A stretch of 60,582 bases of DNA, filler included, from Squatina squatina (lineage: Eukaryota): the NCBI GenBank assembly GCA_031763465.1. It is 4 parts of 4 records of this genome, joined end to end, with 100 filler letters (N's around TTAATTAATTAA, not from the genome) between each part and the next. Parts side by side here need not be neighbours in the genome. Positions count along the whole stretch, not along the records: positions 14,305 to 30,484 come from JARFOE010000080.1; positions 30,585 to 48,227 come from JARFOE010000073.1; 2 more parts are not named here. One strand, written 5' to 3'. This document shows, piece by piece, positions 23,981-36,238 of the stretch (its first letter is position 1; each line of letters starts with the position of its first letter). The notes beneath the pieces were generated by a model. That model saw nothing but the letters and a program-made list of their open reading frames with translations, was not told where the DNA came from and did not search any database. The position numbers and the translations under genes are program-made.

Positions 23981-25696
23981 AGAGAGGCTCAGAGAGTAAG
24001 CTGTAGGCTTAGTCGAGGGATTTAAGCCTGTGATGGTGGTNNNNNNNNNNNNNNNNNNNNNNNNNNNNNNNNNNNNNNNNNNNNNNNNNNNNNNNNNNNN
24101 NNNNNNNNNNNNNNNNNNNNNNNNNNNNNNNNNNNNNNNNTTCCCCATCAGCCCTGTGTTCACTGACTTACATTAGCTGCCAATTCACTAATGCCCATTA
24201 CACGATTTCACCAAACATCAACTTCACCTGTAATAATAACATAATAAATTGCACTTCATTCTTGACATGACCAACTATTTGGGTATTAAACTTGTCCTTT
24301 AACCCCTTCGGTGCATTTCCTTTTATTTCTTTCAGTGTTTATTAACATCTCCAGCCAATTATTGTTGCCACGGGGATTTGTCCACCTTCCAACTATCAAA
24401 TTAATATGAATCAGTCAACAGCACAATGCATAGGATCTATATTTGAGGTGTGAGAAGAAATCTAAAGCTATCTCTATCCTTGCTGTACTACCATGTTAAT
24501 GTTCTTTAGCAGTTTACACACTAGGTTTTGCAGCAATATGTTTTTTCAAAGCATTGATATAATGTCACAGAGGCTACAGTAAGAAGGGATTACTGATTCT
24601 TTATATCGGGTCTTAGACCAGTAAGAACAAAGCAGGTTTTACAATTTATTTCAAGGCTTACTGTAGTGTGAAAAAATCTCATAATTTAAATTCCTGATAC
24701 CTGGAAATCTTGCAGCCCAAATGACTTTCACATGTATTTAATTAACTTGTATAGAATGAAAATACTCACTATTGAGAACATGCCATGAAAAAAAAACTTA
24801 CAGGTAATAAATATTTCAGAAAAGGTCATTGCACCACTCTTGAATTTTGCAAAAAACGCCACGTTATTTTGTCATTTATATTCAAATAAAAACCTGTCAA
24901 AAGGCATTCCAAGTAAAGATGTTTTGGGTAATTCATTAGTAGAACGGCAACAATTTTAGATGAAAATTGCTCTTGACATCAAAGTCTAGCCATTAATTAC
25001 TGGTAATGAAACAAATTATACAGGTTCAGTTACGAATGACAATTTCTATAGACATTTACTGACATTTAAGTAAACTAATTAATCACTGGCTGCATCAAGC
25101 AAAACAACTCTAGTTGAACACACTGCTTTTATTATACAATCTAGACACCACTGACATTGTGCTCCAATGGTTTCTATAGAGGTAGGGTCAATTAAAAAAA
25201 TGAAATTTGTTCCATCTATCATTAAAAACGATAGCCATTCAACTGCAAACCTGTTAAATACAAGATTTTAACTGCCCCTAGTATTCATGACTGCATGGCT
25301 GTTAATGCCATATATGTATCATAAAAATATAGACACTGGAAATTATTTTCCCCAATTCAAGACAAAGTAATAAATATTGATTTACACTTACGGCATATAA
25401 AGTTTGATAACATCATGAAATAATATATTCCACTCAGGGTGGTAAGGATAAACCACCATTGTTCCTTGATAAAACTCTTATCCACTTAAATTCATAGGGA
25501 TTTGTGTAGTTGTTGACTAACTAGCATGTTATTTCCATTGCTAAATACAAATTAAAATCTTTTCTGCACTGACACCAGGGCCCCGATATAAATGCANNNN
25601 NNNNNNNNNNNNNNNNNNNNNNNNNNNNNNNNNNNNNNNNNNNNNNNNNNNNNNNNNNNNNNNNNNNNNNNNNNNNNNNNNNNNNNNNNNNNNNNN

Positions 25697-25788
25697 AGAA
25701 TAGGAGACAATTCATTCGACCAAATGTCTCTGTCAAACTTGCAGCCAGCTGTTATTGACCTGCTTAGAATCCGAAGCTGGGAAATCAC
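25697..25788 (-). CDS. DYNC2H1: DYNC2H1 exon, truncated by a gap
   Basis: VISQLRILSRSITAGCKFDRDIWSNELSPI vs human VISQLRILGRSITAGSKFDREIWSNELSPV. Acceptor ctccctcccag. Confidence 0.93.
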
Positions 25789-26603
25789 CTGGGAGGGAGA
25801 AATTAGAGACCAAAAATAATTAACTGTGAGTAGGTACATCCACGAACATTACAGGTGAAATGCAGAAAAAGATGTTGGTTTACAGTTCTCCTGTCATGAC
25901 AGTTAATATGAATTTAAATACATTGGGGCCAAAATTGCTCAACCATTATGCCAGATCTCTTGCCATTTTGGCACGAGTCCATCAGAACAACCACAAACTC
26001 CCAGGACCAAGATGCAGTAGGGTCCCAGACTTGCCCTGGAATCTTCTGTAGCTTTGTGGAGACGGTTACTCTGGCTGCACCAAACAAGGCCACTACTGCA
26101 GAGGGGGTGGGGCTAAGGATGGCAACTCGCGACTCTGGGAATTCCCATGTCCTGGATCTTAAAGGACCAGGCATAAGTATGGAGATTATCAGGCCAAATG
26201 AAAAAAGACATAACAGTCTCTTGATGGGAGGAAATAGGCCCCACTGGATGAGGATTGGAGGGAGGTGGAGTGGCAAGAAAAGGAAGAGTAGAAAGGGTGT
26301 CCAATTTGGGATCATGAGTTGCACCCCCAAAGAATCCAAAGGTTTAAAAAAAATTACAAAGGGAGCCGCTTGGTGCTTGCCAAATGTTTCCCCGGGGAGG
26401 AGACCCGGCACCTGTCTCCCCCACTACAGAAGGTGGGGTCGAACTGTCTAACCTGTGGAGCAAGGCGGGTTTCCAAGATGCGGCCTAAGGTTTCTGCCGG
26501 TTANNNNNNNNNNNNNNNNNNNNNNNNNNNNNNNNNNNNNNNNNNNNNNNNNNNNNNNNNNNNNNNNNNNNNNNNNNNNNNNNNNNNNNNNNNNNNNNNN
26601 NNN

Positions 26604-26672
26604 AAGGGTCATCGACCCGAAACGTTGACTCTGTTTTTCTCTCCACAGATGCTGCCTGACCTGCTGAGTTTT
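26604..26672 (+). mobile_element. Probable Penelope-like element terminal repeat with a partial hammerhead motif
   Basis: aaGGGTCatcGACCCgaaacgttgactctgtttttctctccacagatgctgcctgacctgctgagt; homologous to 51921-52110 and 46135-46290. Confidence 0.6.
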
Positions 26673-27879
26673 TGTTTGTACTGAAGAATGTTGTGTTGCT
26701 GTGGCGATGTTAGAATGTTGATAGTGAAATGTTCTCTGAAATGCAAAAGAATTTTTCTGCCTCAAAGTCCATCTGAAGTTTGAAAGGTCCAAGTGCCATG
26801 CAATCTGAGTGCAACAGGCTTTAACCGGTAGTTGGAGAGACCAAATCATGTAGGGCTGACATTCTAAAAACTCTCTTAGCTCAGCATTAGGGACATACAT
26901 CAAATGTTTTAATTTGTTAAAATCATCAGAAATATGTAAACCTTCTCAGGCCAGAGTAAAAGTCATTTATGTTATCATTACTCTGGAATGCCATCCAGCA
27001 TGGTATACAAATAGTAACACACCTCCTCTTCCAGACCAGTTTTCTTGCCTATAACTCTGTTCTTTATAAACAGTATGACAAGTCAAACATCATTTGCCAA
27101 ACCAGGGTTGCTGGAGCATATATTAGGCCATGGTAAATATTCGACTTTCTTGCTGGCACTTCAGTACAAATTTTCTAGGTTCTACGGTGCTCTTAGCAAT
27201 CACCAGTCGTAATTTTCATGAGACTTCTGCCCTTGCTACATCTATCTTTGACTATGTCCTTTTGTTATGCCCCTTACTGTATGAAAAATATTAACTATAT
27301 GATACATAGTGTTTCCTCAAGGATTCTACGGTATATATTCATATTATCAATACATTGTAACCCATTGATTGAAGGAAGCCGTTAGTCATGGAACAGTGCA
27401 AAATGCACACCTCATGTTGTACAAATAGAGTTTACAGCAGGACAGCAGCACTAGGTGACAATGAGTAAGCCATCATGATGATGGTACATAGCTCACTGGT
27501 AAGCATTTCACTGGTTTACCTTTCATAATCTGTCATTGCCTGATAGATGACTGCGCAGTCATCTATCTACAATACTATATGTACCAGCCATACAAGGTAA
27601 ATCTAAACTGGTTGCAGATCTCTGGCAACCAAGCAGCCTTACCATTAGCCACATGATCTCTTGTGTTCCAAGGGGATATCATGGTTTTTGACAGAGCGTT
27701 GCAGTGTCAGCAGTGGAAGATTAATGGATGGTTAGCAGTTTAATCATTGTGATATAATTCACTGTATGCATCTGCTTGATGGGCAGTTGAAGTTCACACC
27801 TGTGGATTCTCTCACATGGTGAGTTCCCATTGCTGGTCAGGTTATGTTGAAATGCTAAATAGAGAACAAGTATTTCTTT

Positions 27880-28215
27880 GTTAAAGGGGAGGGCACCTGC
27901 ACCGCGGGCTGCCATCTTTATTTTTTGGCTGTGATGGCCCAGTGTCCGGCCCCGGGGCACTGTCAGGAAGGCCAGCGGCCCTCCCCTTTAAGGGAAGCCT
28001 GGCTGTGCTGTTGACGTCAGCGTGCAACGTGCTGATGTGGTGTCCAAGGCCTGTCGCTCCAGGAGTGAACGGGTGTGCGCTGCGTCTTGCAGGCGCCCCG
28101 GATCGCTGTATTCCAGGAGGGGTTGGGCGGCAGGGCGGCGTGGGCACTGGTGAGAGAAATGCCGGCTCCCGCCCCGTGTGCACCCATAAGGTGGCGACAA
28201 TGAATTTCTAGCCCC
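27880..28215. mobile_element. Harbinger-like non-autonomous element, right end
   Basis: CpG-rich patch ending aatttctagcccc (reverse complement ggggctagaaatt), matching the terminus at 2419. Confidence 0.5.
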
Positions 28216-29437
28216 AAGTCTGCAAATAGACTGATTCAGCCTGAAAGAGTGACTGGGGAGCAGACTAGAGTCAGTAGCAAGAAAACTGTTTCTGATGGAG
28301 CTTCATTGTTCCAGGTACTGAGTTGGTGGAAATTATGACTCATCAGAGCCTGACGTCGAACGGACAATCTGACAACACAGAAATAATTGATAGAAGTGAT
28401 GGAGATATAGAGTTGGGCAAATACCGGGAATGGAAGATCTTCTGGGAGCTGGTGGGAATGATTGCATAGACATAGAAAGATGGCAGTTATACAGCAAATT
28501 GACAGTGGTGCTAATTTCAGTGTGTGTGACAGACCAAAAGAGAAGGAATAACGGGATAGATTAAAATGTTCTGTAACAAATATATTTCAAACAAAAATAT
28601 AATACTGATTACATTTACTGTCCTAATGAGTACAGCATAAAGGTCTAAGGTATTTAAGCATATCGCAACTATTTCAGTAAATAGTTACAATGATCTTCCT
28701 TTGTGACATGCAAGTTCATTTAATCAATCATGAAAGTTCATGCACATAGAAGCAGTATTTTTTTAAAATCAGTTCCTATTTAATTATACCAGCTGTTTAA
28801 AGTTTGTTATTAAAGAAACTCTTCAACAGCAAATGACATAAATGGATCCTCCTTCTCAATGAAGCCTTTAAAATTAAATTAAAATGCCATTTCCTGCCAG
28901 ATGGAGAATTTCCACTGTTTGCAGCTACATACATTATTAACATCACCTACCATAATGCTGCAGGATTTGGGCACAGTGATGGATGATGGAAATGATGCTA
29001 CATTTTTGCTCCTGGACTGCGATCCAGCAATTGCTTTGGGGCTGAAAAATTGCTCAAGGTACGAATTCAGGACTCGTAGATCAAATATGTTGTCAATACG
29101 TCCACCATAGATAGCATTNNNNNNNNNNNNNNNNNNNNNNNNNNNNNNNNNNNNNNNNNNNNNNNNNNNNNNNNNNNNNNNNNNNNNNNNNNNNNNNNNN
29201 NNNNNNNNNNNNNNNNNNGCTTATGTAGATGTTATGTTTTATGCATTTTTGCACCACAATTTTTAACATATGTTTCCTTAAGAATCAGCAACATTTGAAA
29301 GAAAAGTTGAACAAAATTAACCATTTTTTGTTTGTTAGCAATCAGGAAATAGCCAACAGTAATAAGTAACATTTTAAATATTCAATAGTGTAAGTCTAAA
29401 TAACTTAAGTACAATATCTCATTCAAACCTGGCTCAC

Positions 29438-29513
29438 CTTCAAAAAGCCTGTCAATTATTTCAAATCCAGCTCGGAGATCAGACAAAGAGAATTCATAAA
29501 ACTTGGTCCAACC
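29438..29513 (-). CDS. DYNC2H1: DYNC2H1 exon (76 nt)
   Basis: GWTKFYEFSLSDLRAGFEIIDRLFE(G), the dynein heavy chain GWxxxYEF motif. Acceptor atttcag, donor G|GTGAGC. Confidence 0.95.
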
Positions 29514-29849
29514 CTGAAATGATACGATATACAGGGGCAAGTGAATAATCTTTTCCTGATATTTGTACAACACCAGAACAAACTATATGGCTGATTTGAG
29601 TCTCGTATTGTTGAAACGCTGGTGAGAAATGGTTCTGCTTCACTAGAAATGATGAAATCTGAATTTCTTATGGTGGTACAGAAGATACAATTGAAAATAT
29701 ACTGGAGCTATTTAATTGTTAAAAAGACCACACAGGGATAATGGCTGCATTAATGAATAATCTTCTTGCCAATATCCCTGTTTAATTTAATTGTATTATG
29801 AATGTGATAGTTACCACAAGATGCATAGTAATGTTAGGTAGAGAATATT

Positions 29850-30484
29850 CCTAACACCATAAATACCGCTATTTAAGAAAGGTGAGAGAGGGAATCCAGG
29901 GAATTATAGACCAGTTAGCCTAACATCTGTTGCTGGGAAATTACTAGAGTCTATAATTAAGGATAGGATGACTGAACACCTTGAAAATTTCAGCTGATCA
30001 GAGAGAGCCAGCATGGATTTGTATAGGGTCAGTCATACCTGATGAATCTGATTGCATTTTTTGAACAGGTGACGAAAGTAATAGACAGGGGATGTTATTT
30101 ATAAGGATTTCCAGAAGGCATTCGATAAAGTCCCTCATAAGTTCACGTTGAAGCCCATTGGAATGGAAGGCTATTGACCTGGTTAGGAAATTGGCTGAGC
30201 GGCAGAGAGTAGGGATAACGGGCTGGCACTCTAATTGGCAGGATGTGACTAGCGAGCTGTGTTTGGGGCTCAACTATTCGCTGTATTTATTGTTGATTTA
30301 GATGATGGGTAGAGAGCCACATATCCAAGTTCACCAATGACACAAAGATAGGCAGCATTGAAAGCAGTGTAGATGGAAGCATAAAATTAGAAAGAGATAT
30401 TTATAGATTAAGTGAATGGGTAAAACTATGGCAAATGGATTTCAATATAGGAAAGTGTGAGCTCATCCACTTTAGACCTAAAAA
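29850..30484 (+). mobile_element. CR1 LINE reverse-transcriptase fragment
   Basis: FKKGERGNPGNYRPVSLTSVAGKLLESII...DFQKAFDKVPH...SKFTNDTKIG...WQMDFNIGKC. Confidence 0.92.
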
Positions 30485-30528
30485 NNNNNNNNNNNNNNNN
30501 NNNNNNNNNNNNNNNNNNNNNNNNNNNN

Positions 30529-30540
30529 TTAATTAATTAA
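30529..30540. other. Artificial scaffold linker TTAATTAATTAA
   Basis: Same as 14249; separates the DYNC2H1 block from the LIMK1 block. Confidence 0.95.
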
Positions 30541-31543
30541 NNNNNNNNNNNNNNNNNNNNNNNNNNNNNNNNNNNNNNNNNNNNGGGCTCTGCAGCCTCA
30601 GTGGTGGATCTGTCCTAAGTTTCTGGATAGATCGAAAATGCTGGTTATGCGGGCTTTCGATGAACAGCCCCATAACCGACTTTTGCAACGTCTCCCCAGG
30701 TGGGAACATGCACCCGGGGAGATCGCAATTTCAGGCTAAATGTGTTCATAATCCATTTGAGAATAAAAGAGGATAAGATGATACCACCATTAAATGACTT
30801 TAACATATATTAATAATATACATGATTCAACAAAAAAAGGGAACGAATATCTGTGAATAATCATTCTTGGTGATTTTGTACAGAATGACAAAACAATGAC
30901 ATATTGTTGTTGAGATGGAGATGATTGCTATTCCCCCTTGTATTGGATGAACTGGTAAGCATGGGATCTGTATGATGATTGGCCAAGCAGCTCTCATTCC
31001 TCAGTGAACCCCAATTACCACATTGCAAAAATTGGAATCTATGGCCCTGAAATTCCAGTGCTTCCCCAGTCTGCCGCCATAACGTGCAGAATATCAGGGC
31101 CTGTAATTTTTGGAGTACCTTAGACATCTTTATACTTTGTGTTCTATCCAATGTATTGTTAGATTGGATAGAGCACAAAGTACAATAAGTTCTGAATGGA
31201 TGGCGTTCTGAAAGAGCTTGCATTGTATACCATTTATTACATCTCCGGGCCTCCTCCAGGGCCCACAAGAATAATTTGAGCCGCTGCTACCCTGTGACCC
31301 TGGTTTGACCTCAACACCTTAATCTGGTGAGCTGTATCGGGTCTCCCGCAACTCGCCTGCCAAATTTAATTGAGGCTGAGCCTCATAATTCACCAAGTCC
31401 TCTTTACCGCCACCGGCCAACGAGCGCACTCTGCCAATTTTGTCAATATTGCCCCTGAAGTGTTTTATTCAGGTCTGAAATAGTGACCTAGAGTGTCACT
31501 TACTGCTTTTCTCATTGCAGCCCTTTGTCTTCACTTGAACTGA

Positions 31544-31592
31544 GTGCGTGTGCGTGTGCGTGTGCGTGTGCGTGTGCGTGTGCGTGTGCGTA
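31544..31592 (+). repeat. (TGCGTG)n microsatellite
   Basis: Direct hexamer tandem about 140 nt upstream of the LIMK1 exon. Confidence 0.95.
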
Positions 31593-31733
31593 CGCCTGGA
31601 TAGAGCCTTCAGTTTGTTTAATAATGACTGTTATTTTAATGTAACAAAACATGGACTGGAACTCGCTGAGTTTGATTTATTGGACCAGCGTCCATATCAG
31701 CCATTATGACTCTTGCTCTCCATCTGCCTTTAG

Positions 31734-31908
31734 GAGAAGTTGCAGCATTGATAAATCTCCAAGCACAGGATCACCTGCCTCTCAAAAGAAAGATTTGTGC
31801 CGCTCCGAGTCCCTGCGAATTGCCTCCAAAATGCATCGTATCTTCCGCCCTTCTGACCTGATCCATGGGGAAGTGCTGGGAAAGGGCTATTTTGGACAAG
31901 CCATTAAG
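31734..31908 (+). CDS. LIMK1: LIM domain kinase 1, exon spanning the Ser-rich linker and kinase glycine-rich loop
   Basis: [69 protein letters not shown] and HRIFRPSDL fit LIMK1 rather than LIMK2. Acceptor cctttag, donor AAG|GTATGC. Confidence 0.93.
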
Positions 31909-32286
31909 GTATGCTTTTCACAGATCCTTATCCCTGTTCCCCTCTGCTTCTTTGCAATGAATTTTACAGGACGTAACTTTCTATTCCCTGCTCCACTCCG
32001 TCTCAAGGGCAAGCTAGGTCCTAGAGAGTGCTTTCCATCGTGGGTCCATGTTGAGCAGGAGTTGTTAACATAAACTGCTGAGTGACATTGGCTGAGTCAC
32101 AGTGGTTTATCTTTCATAACCCACCTGCTCACTGACTCGTATTCTCTTGAGACTGAAAAGTATTACAACCAATCTCTGCGTGGCCTTTATTTGTCTTTCG
32201 TCTCATAAACACCAAGGTACATTCTCGGAGATGGAGAAAGCTAGAAAATGCTGTTTCTTCAGCCAAAGATGCCGAAAAGAACCAAA

Positions 32287-32288
<2 letters not shown>

Positions 32289-32335
<47 letters not shown>
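32289..32335 (+). repeat. (TG)n microsatellite
   Basis: Direct dinucleotide tandem. Confidence 0.97.
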
Positions 32336-33549
32336 ATGGATGAGTACTATTCTCGTCCAGCAGCAAGAAGCTACGTCTCCTACTTTGGCAAAACCCACCC
32401 TGCCCATCATAAACCTGTGGAGTAACACCCTTCCTGGAGATCCATACACGTCTCCTGCAGAGAGATGGNNNNNNNNNNNNNNNNNNNNNNNNNNNNNNNN
32501 NNNNNNNNNNNNNNNNNNNNNNNNNNNNNNNNNNNNNNNNNNNNNNNNNNNNNNNNNNNNNNNNNNNNTTGATCTTGGTTGCAATGTCATCGATGGTTCA
32601 GTAGCCTGATGACATTCATTGCCTGGATTCCTCAGTGAAGATTGGCAGCTTGGGCTGATGGATGTCGAACCATTCCCCAGCAATAATCGGTGCCTTCAGT
32701 AGTCAAGGGAAAAACTTCAGTATAAATGGAGGAATGTTACCTGCCATATGGATGATGGTATTAATTTTGTACTTAAACTTTACACAATCGTATTGTATAG
32801 TGCCATGCCCAAACAAAAGGCACAAGTTGTTGTTAATCGGATAATTATGTGCAAATTCTATTCATTGTAAGCATGAGGTTTAAACCAAGTGACACCAAAA
32901 CCTCTGCCATCACAAGAGTGTTAAGGACCAGGTGTTGTCACTGAACCTGCAATGCAAACCTGAGAGACTCATCACACTAAGTTAATCTGTGCCTTGTTTA
33001 GTCAGAGCTGCCAAGGACCAGTGGTTGGCTTGTGTTGTTTGTGAACTCAAAACCTGCATTTTCTAACATTGTTAATTTATTGTTTCTGTGGATTCAGTCA
33101 CATCATTCCAGTGTTTAATTCCTCATTTTTATGTTTTGAAACTCAAGCTGTGAACATAGTGCACTTTACACACAGGAAGTGACTATGACAGCAAGTCTGT
33201 AAAGTATTGTAACAGAGAAATGGAATAAAACCAGCTTCATCTCAATCAGAAACTCTGTCACTTTCTTGTCAATCCTGTAAAAACACAGAGGATCTCTAAT
33301 AAAGGCTGAGGGGTACTAATCAGCCAGAGTTCCTGTGCCTGATTGCTGTACAAAGACTCCTGCTGGAAGTGCGCGAACATGGGTGAGGTTGTGATATGCC
33401 CAAGGGTAAATGTGCTGCCACCAATCATTCATTAGATTGTACATGAAGANNNNNNNNNNNNNNNNNNNNNNNNNNNNNNNNNNNNNNNNNNNNNNNNNNN
33501 NNNNNNNNNNNNNNNNNNNNNNNNNNNNNNNNNNNNNNNNNNNNNNNNN

Positions 33550-33740
33550 CCTGGCCAGTGTGAAGCAGTACAGATCCATGTGCCTGGCCAGTGTGAAGCA
33601 GTACAGAGCCCCCTGCGTGGACTTTGAGACAGTACAGAGCCCTCTGCCTGGCCAGTGTGAAGCAGTACAGAGCCTCCTACCCTACCAGTGTGAAGCAGTA
33701 CAGAGCTCCCAGCGTGGAATCTGAGACAGTACAGAGCCAT
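33550..33740 (+). repeat. Minisatellite, unit about 28-33 bp
   Basis: cctggccagtgtgaagcagtacagagcc units interspersed with gcgtgga.t.tgagacagtacagagcc variants; starts at a gap edge. Confidence 0.85.
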
Positions 33741-34245
33741 GTATTGGTTCACAGAGAATGTACACAAGAGCCTGGCCTGTTTGACGCAGAACAGGAACCT
33801 CCCGGCTGGCCTGTGCGATGTAGCACAGATCTTCCTGCTGGTTCAGGGAAAGCCTGTGCCAGTACCGCCTGCCTGGCCTGTGTGATTGAAAAAGAGGGGC
33901 AATGCATCTGTCATTTCAAATCTTACTTCAGTAGTATTTTCAGCAGGTGAAGTGAGAGCAGCTCAGAGTGCTTGCATTTCTTAACAATCCCTCACATATT
34001 ACTTACTATTTATATCGCTATCCTCTGGCAAGCAAGGGCACTGTCACATGATCCCAGAGTTCTCCAATCAAAGCCGTGTCAGCTGGCTTTTTGGTCTATT
34101 TCCTGTGTGCGTATGTGTATGTGTAGAGAGGGTTAGAACTGCAGTTTGTGTTCAGCACCTCAGCAAAGGAGAGTTCCCACTTATCGCCAGTATCATCATC
34201 ATACAGAGGCAATACACAGCAGTGCCAGCTCAGGAGAATCCAGAC

Positions 34246-34248
34246 ATG
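34246..34248 (+). CDS. SEPTIN4: Probable SEPTIN4 first exon ending in the initiator ATG
   Basis: cagacATG|GTAAGT: consensus phase-0 donor directly after an ATG with a purine at -3. Joins in frame to the phase-0 exon at 38029 to give MLAHFLKEDSDD, comparable to the human isoform MIKRFLEDTTDD. Confidence 0.55.
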
Positions 34249-35964
34249 GTAAGTCAGGCCTTTCATACTACGCAGGAGAGGGCTGATTGATCAGCAGCTG
34301 TACTTTGTTCAACTTTAACAGGATTCAGCCAGGTTCATGTGGCTACTGAAACCATGTTAAATGCAGCATGTTTCAGGAATGCACCCAGTAGTCTCCTCTA
34401 CCTCATTAATCAGTGAGCATGTGTGGGAGCGATGGAGTGATGGGTGCAGNNNNNNNNNNNNNNNNNNNNNNNNNNNNNNNNNNNNNNNNNNNNNNNNNNN
34501 NNNNNNNNNNNNNNNNNNNNNNNNNNNNNNNNNNNNNNNNNNNNNNNNNGCTTCCTCTACAATTCAGAATAAAAGTATCTGGATCTTAACAATATGTCCA
34601 TCCCAGCCTCACCACTGGGATGTGTCTAGTGTTCCTGCTGTCTGTGCTCTGTTGCTGTTGTGATGTACAATGCCAGTGCTGATGGTGGGTGGGAATATGT
34701 CAATGAGGTTGTGTAGCAGCATCTGTTTGAAGAGCTGTGACTCATTGCAGTGCTAGGGAACCAGCAGGCACTGTCTCTTCAGAGTGTCCATTGATTGTTG
34801 CTGAGACTGACTTTGAATATGGCTTGTTACGCAGATATGTCTGGAGTTGTAGAGGTATGTGGCTGTGTTGTGAATTCTCTCTCCCAGCATCAGCACTGGC
34901 TGCTTCTAGATTACCCTATAAATAATACGAGGCATCGGTCGGCACCTCCTTTGGGCAGGTTTGTGGAGATTTCCTCTCATCCAGGCAGTCAACCTTCCTG
35001 ATAAACCTTGGAGTGTGTACCCTTATTATTAGAGATTCATTCTCTTCGATACGGCCCTGATTACTAAAAAATCTAATGCACAGAGTGGCAGGGTTTAATG
35101 AGGGGCTGTGACTAATGCCGCAGACGCTTGGGTTCCCAGCTTAAAAGTTGCAGTTGTGATTTGGTTATTGTGATGTGAGGGTTCGGACTGCATGTTTCTC
35201 ACTGTTGTGCGCACTATATGATAAATTCAGGCAGCACAGCACATCCACACTTCACAATGCCGTAGTCATTGGCATGCACTTCACACCACTACTTACATAT
35301 TGATCAGCTGCTGTAATGGAATCTGCTGTACATAAACATCAGAGAGCCCTGGTCAGTATTGAGCTAACTGATTTGAGTGGATGCCACACTAGGGTTCCCA
35401 TTGCTGACTGACATTAACACTGGAAACGCGCATGTGCGGACATTGAGTGAAAACAGAATCAAGCTCCGCTGTGATGTGAACACCTCCAATGGATGAATAG
35501 GCTGCTAACACACATTGTCTGAGGCCCACACAAGATCATCAGTCGCTTGAGTGACATATTGAAAGACAGTCGTTGCCCAGGAACATACCACACTATGGCA
35601 CAAGTTGGCAACTCCGGGAGAGATGGGAAGGAAACCGAAAAGAATTTTCAGCGAGCAGACTTCAGAGAGGACTTGGGTGTGTGGATGCATTTGAGACACA
35701 GTGTGGCCTGATGCAGTACAGGAGCTCTGTTCCTTCTGTGAATAACATTTTTTGATGTACTGGCAGATTTCTCATGGCAATGCCCACAGATAGATTGGGA
35801 CTGTATTGTTTAGTTGGTGCCCTTCTGAGCCATGGAGTGGAGCACAGTGAGGGAGGGAAAATAGGCAGGAGTGTGAAGCACACAGGGAGAACCATGGTGG
35901 TGGGGCGGGGCGGAAATCAGGAGTATAGATTAAACCCCTCGACCTTGGGAGAAGAGGTGGCGAT

Positions 35965-36238
35965 ATTTAATTATATAATAGGAAGAGATTAGTGAAAGTA
36001 AACGTGGGCCCATTAGAGGCAGAGGCAGGAGAAATTATAATGGGCAATAAGGAAATGGCAGAGACATTAACAAATACTTTGTACTGTCTTCATGGGAGAA
36101 GACACAAAAAACATTCCGGAAATATTGGGGAACCAAGGGTCTAGAAAGAATGAGAAACTTAAAGAAATCAGGATAAGTGAAGACATAGTACTGGAGAAAT
36201 TAATGGGACTAAGTGACGACAAATCCCCTCTACCTGAT
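35965..36238 (+). mobile_element. CR1 LINE fragment
   Basis: GEIIMGNKEMAETLTN and IVLEKLMGLSDDKSPLPD. Confidence 0.85.

Noticed and set aside
25914-26451. Overlapping 165/167-aa ORFs on both strands
   Set aside because: They lie in a GC-rich repeat-like patch starting with the Harbinger-type terminus inside a DYNC2H1 intron; no recognisable motifs.
31734-31908. LIMK2 call, tempting because PISD neighbours LIMK2 in human
   Set aside because: Diagnostic residues match LIMK1, and artificial linkers separate it from the PISD block.
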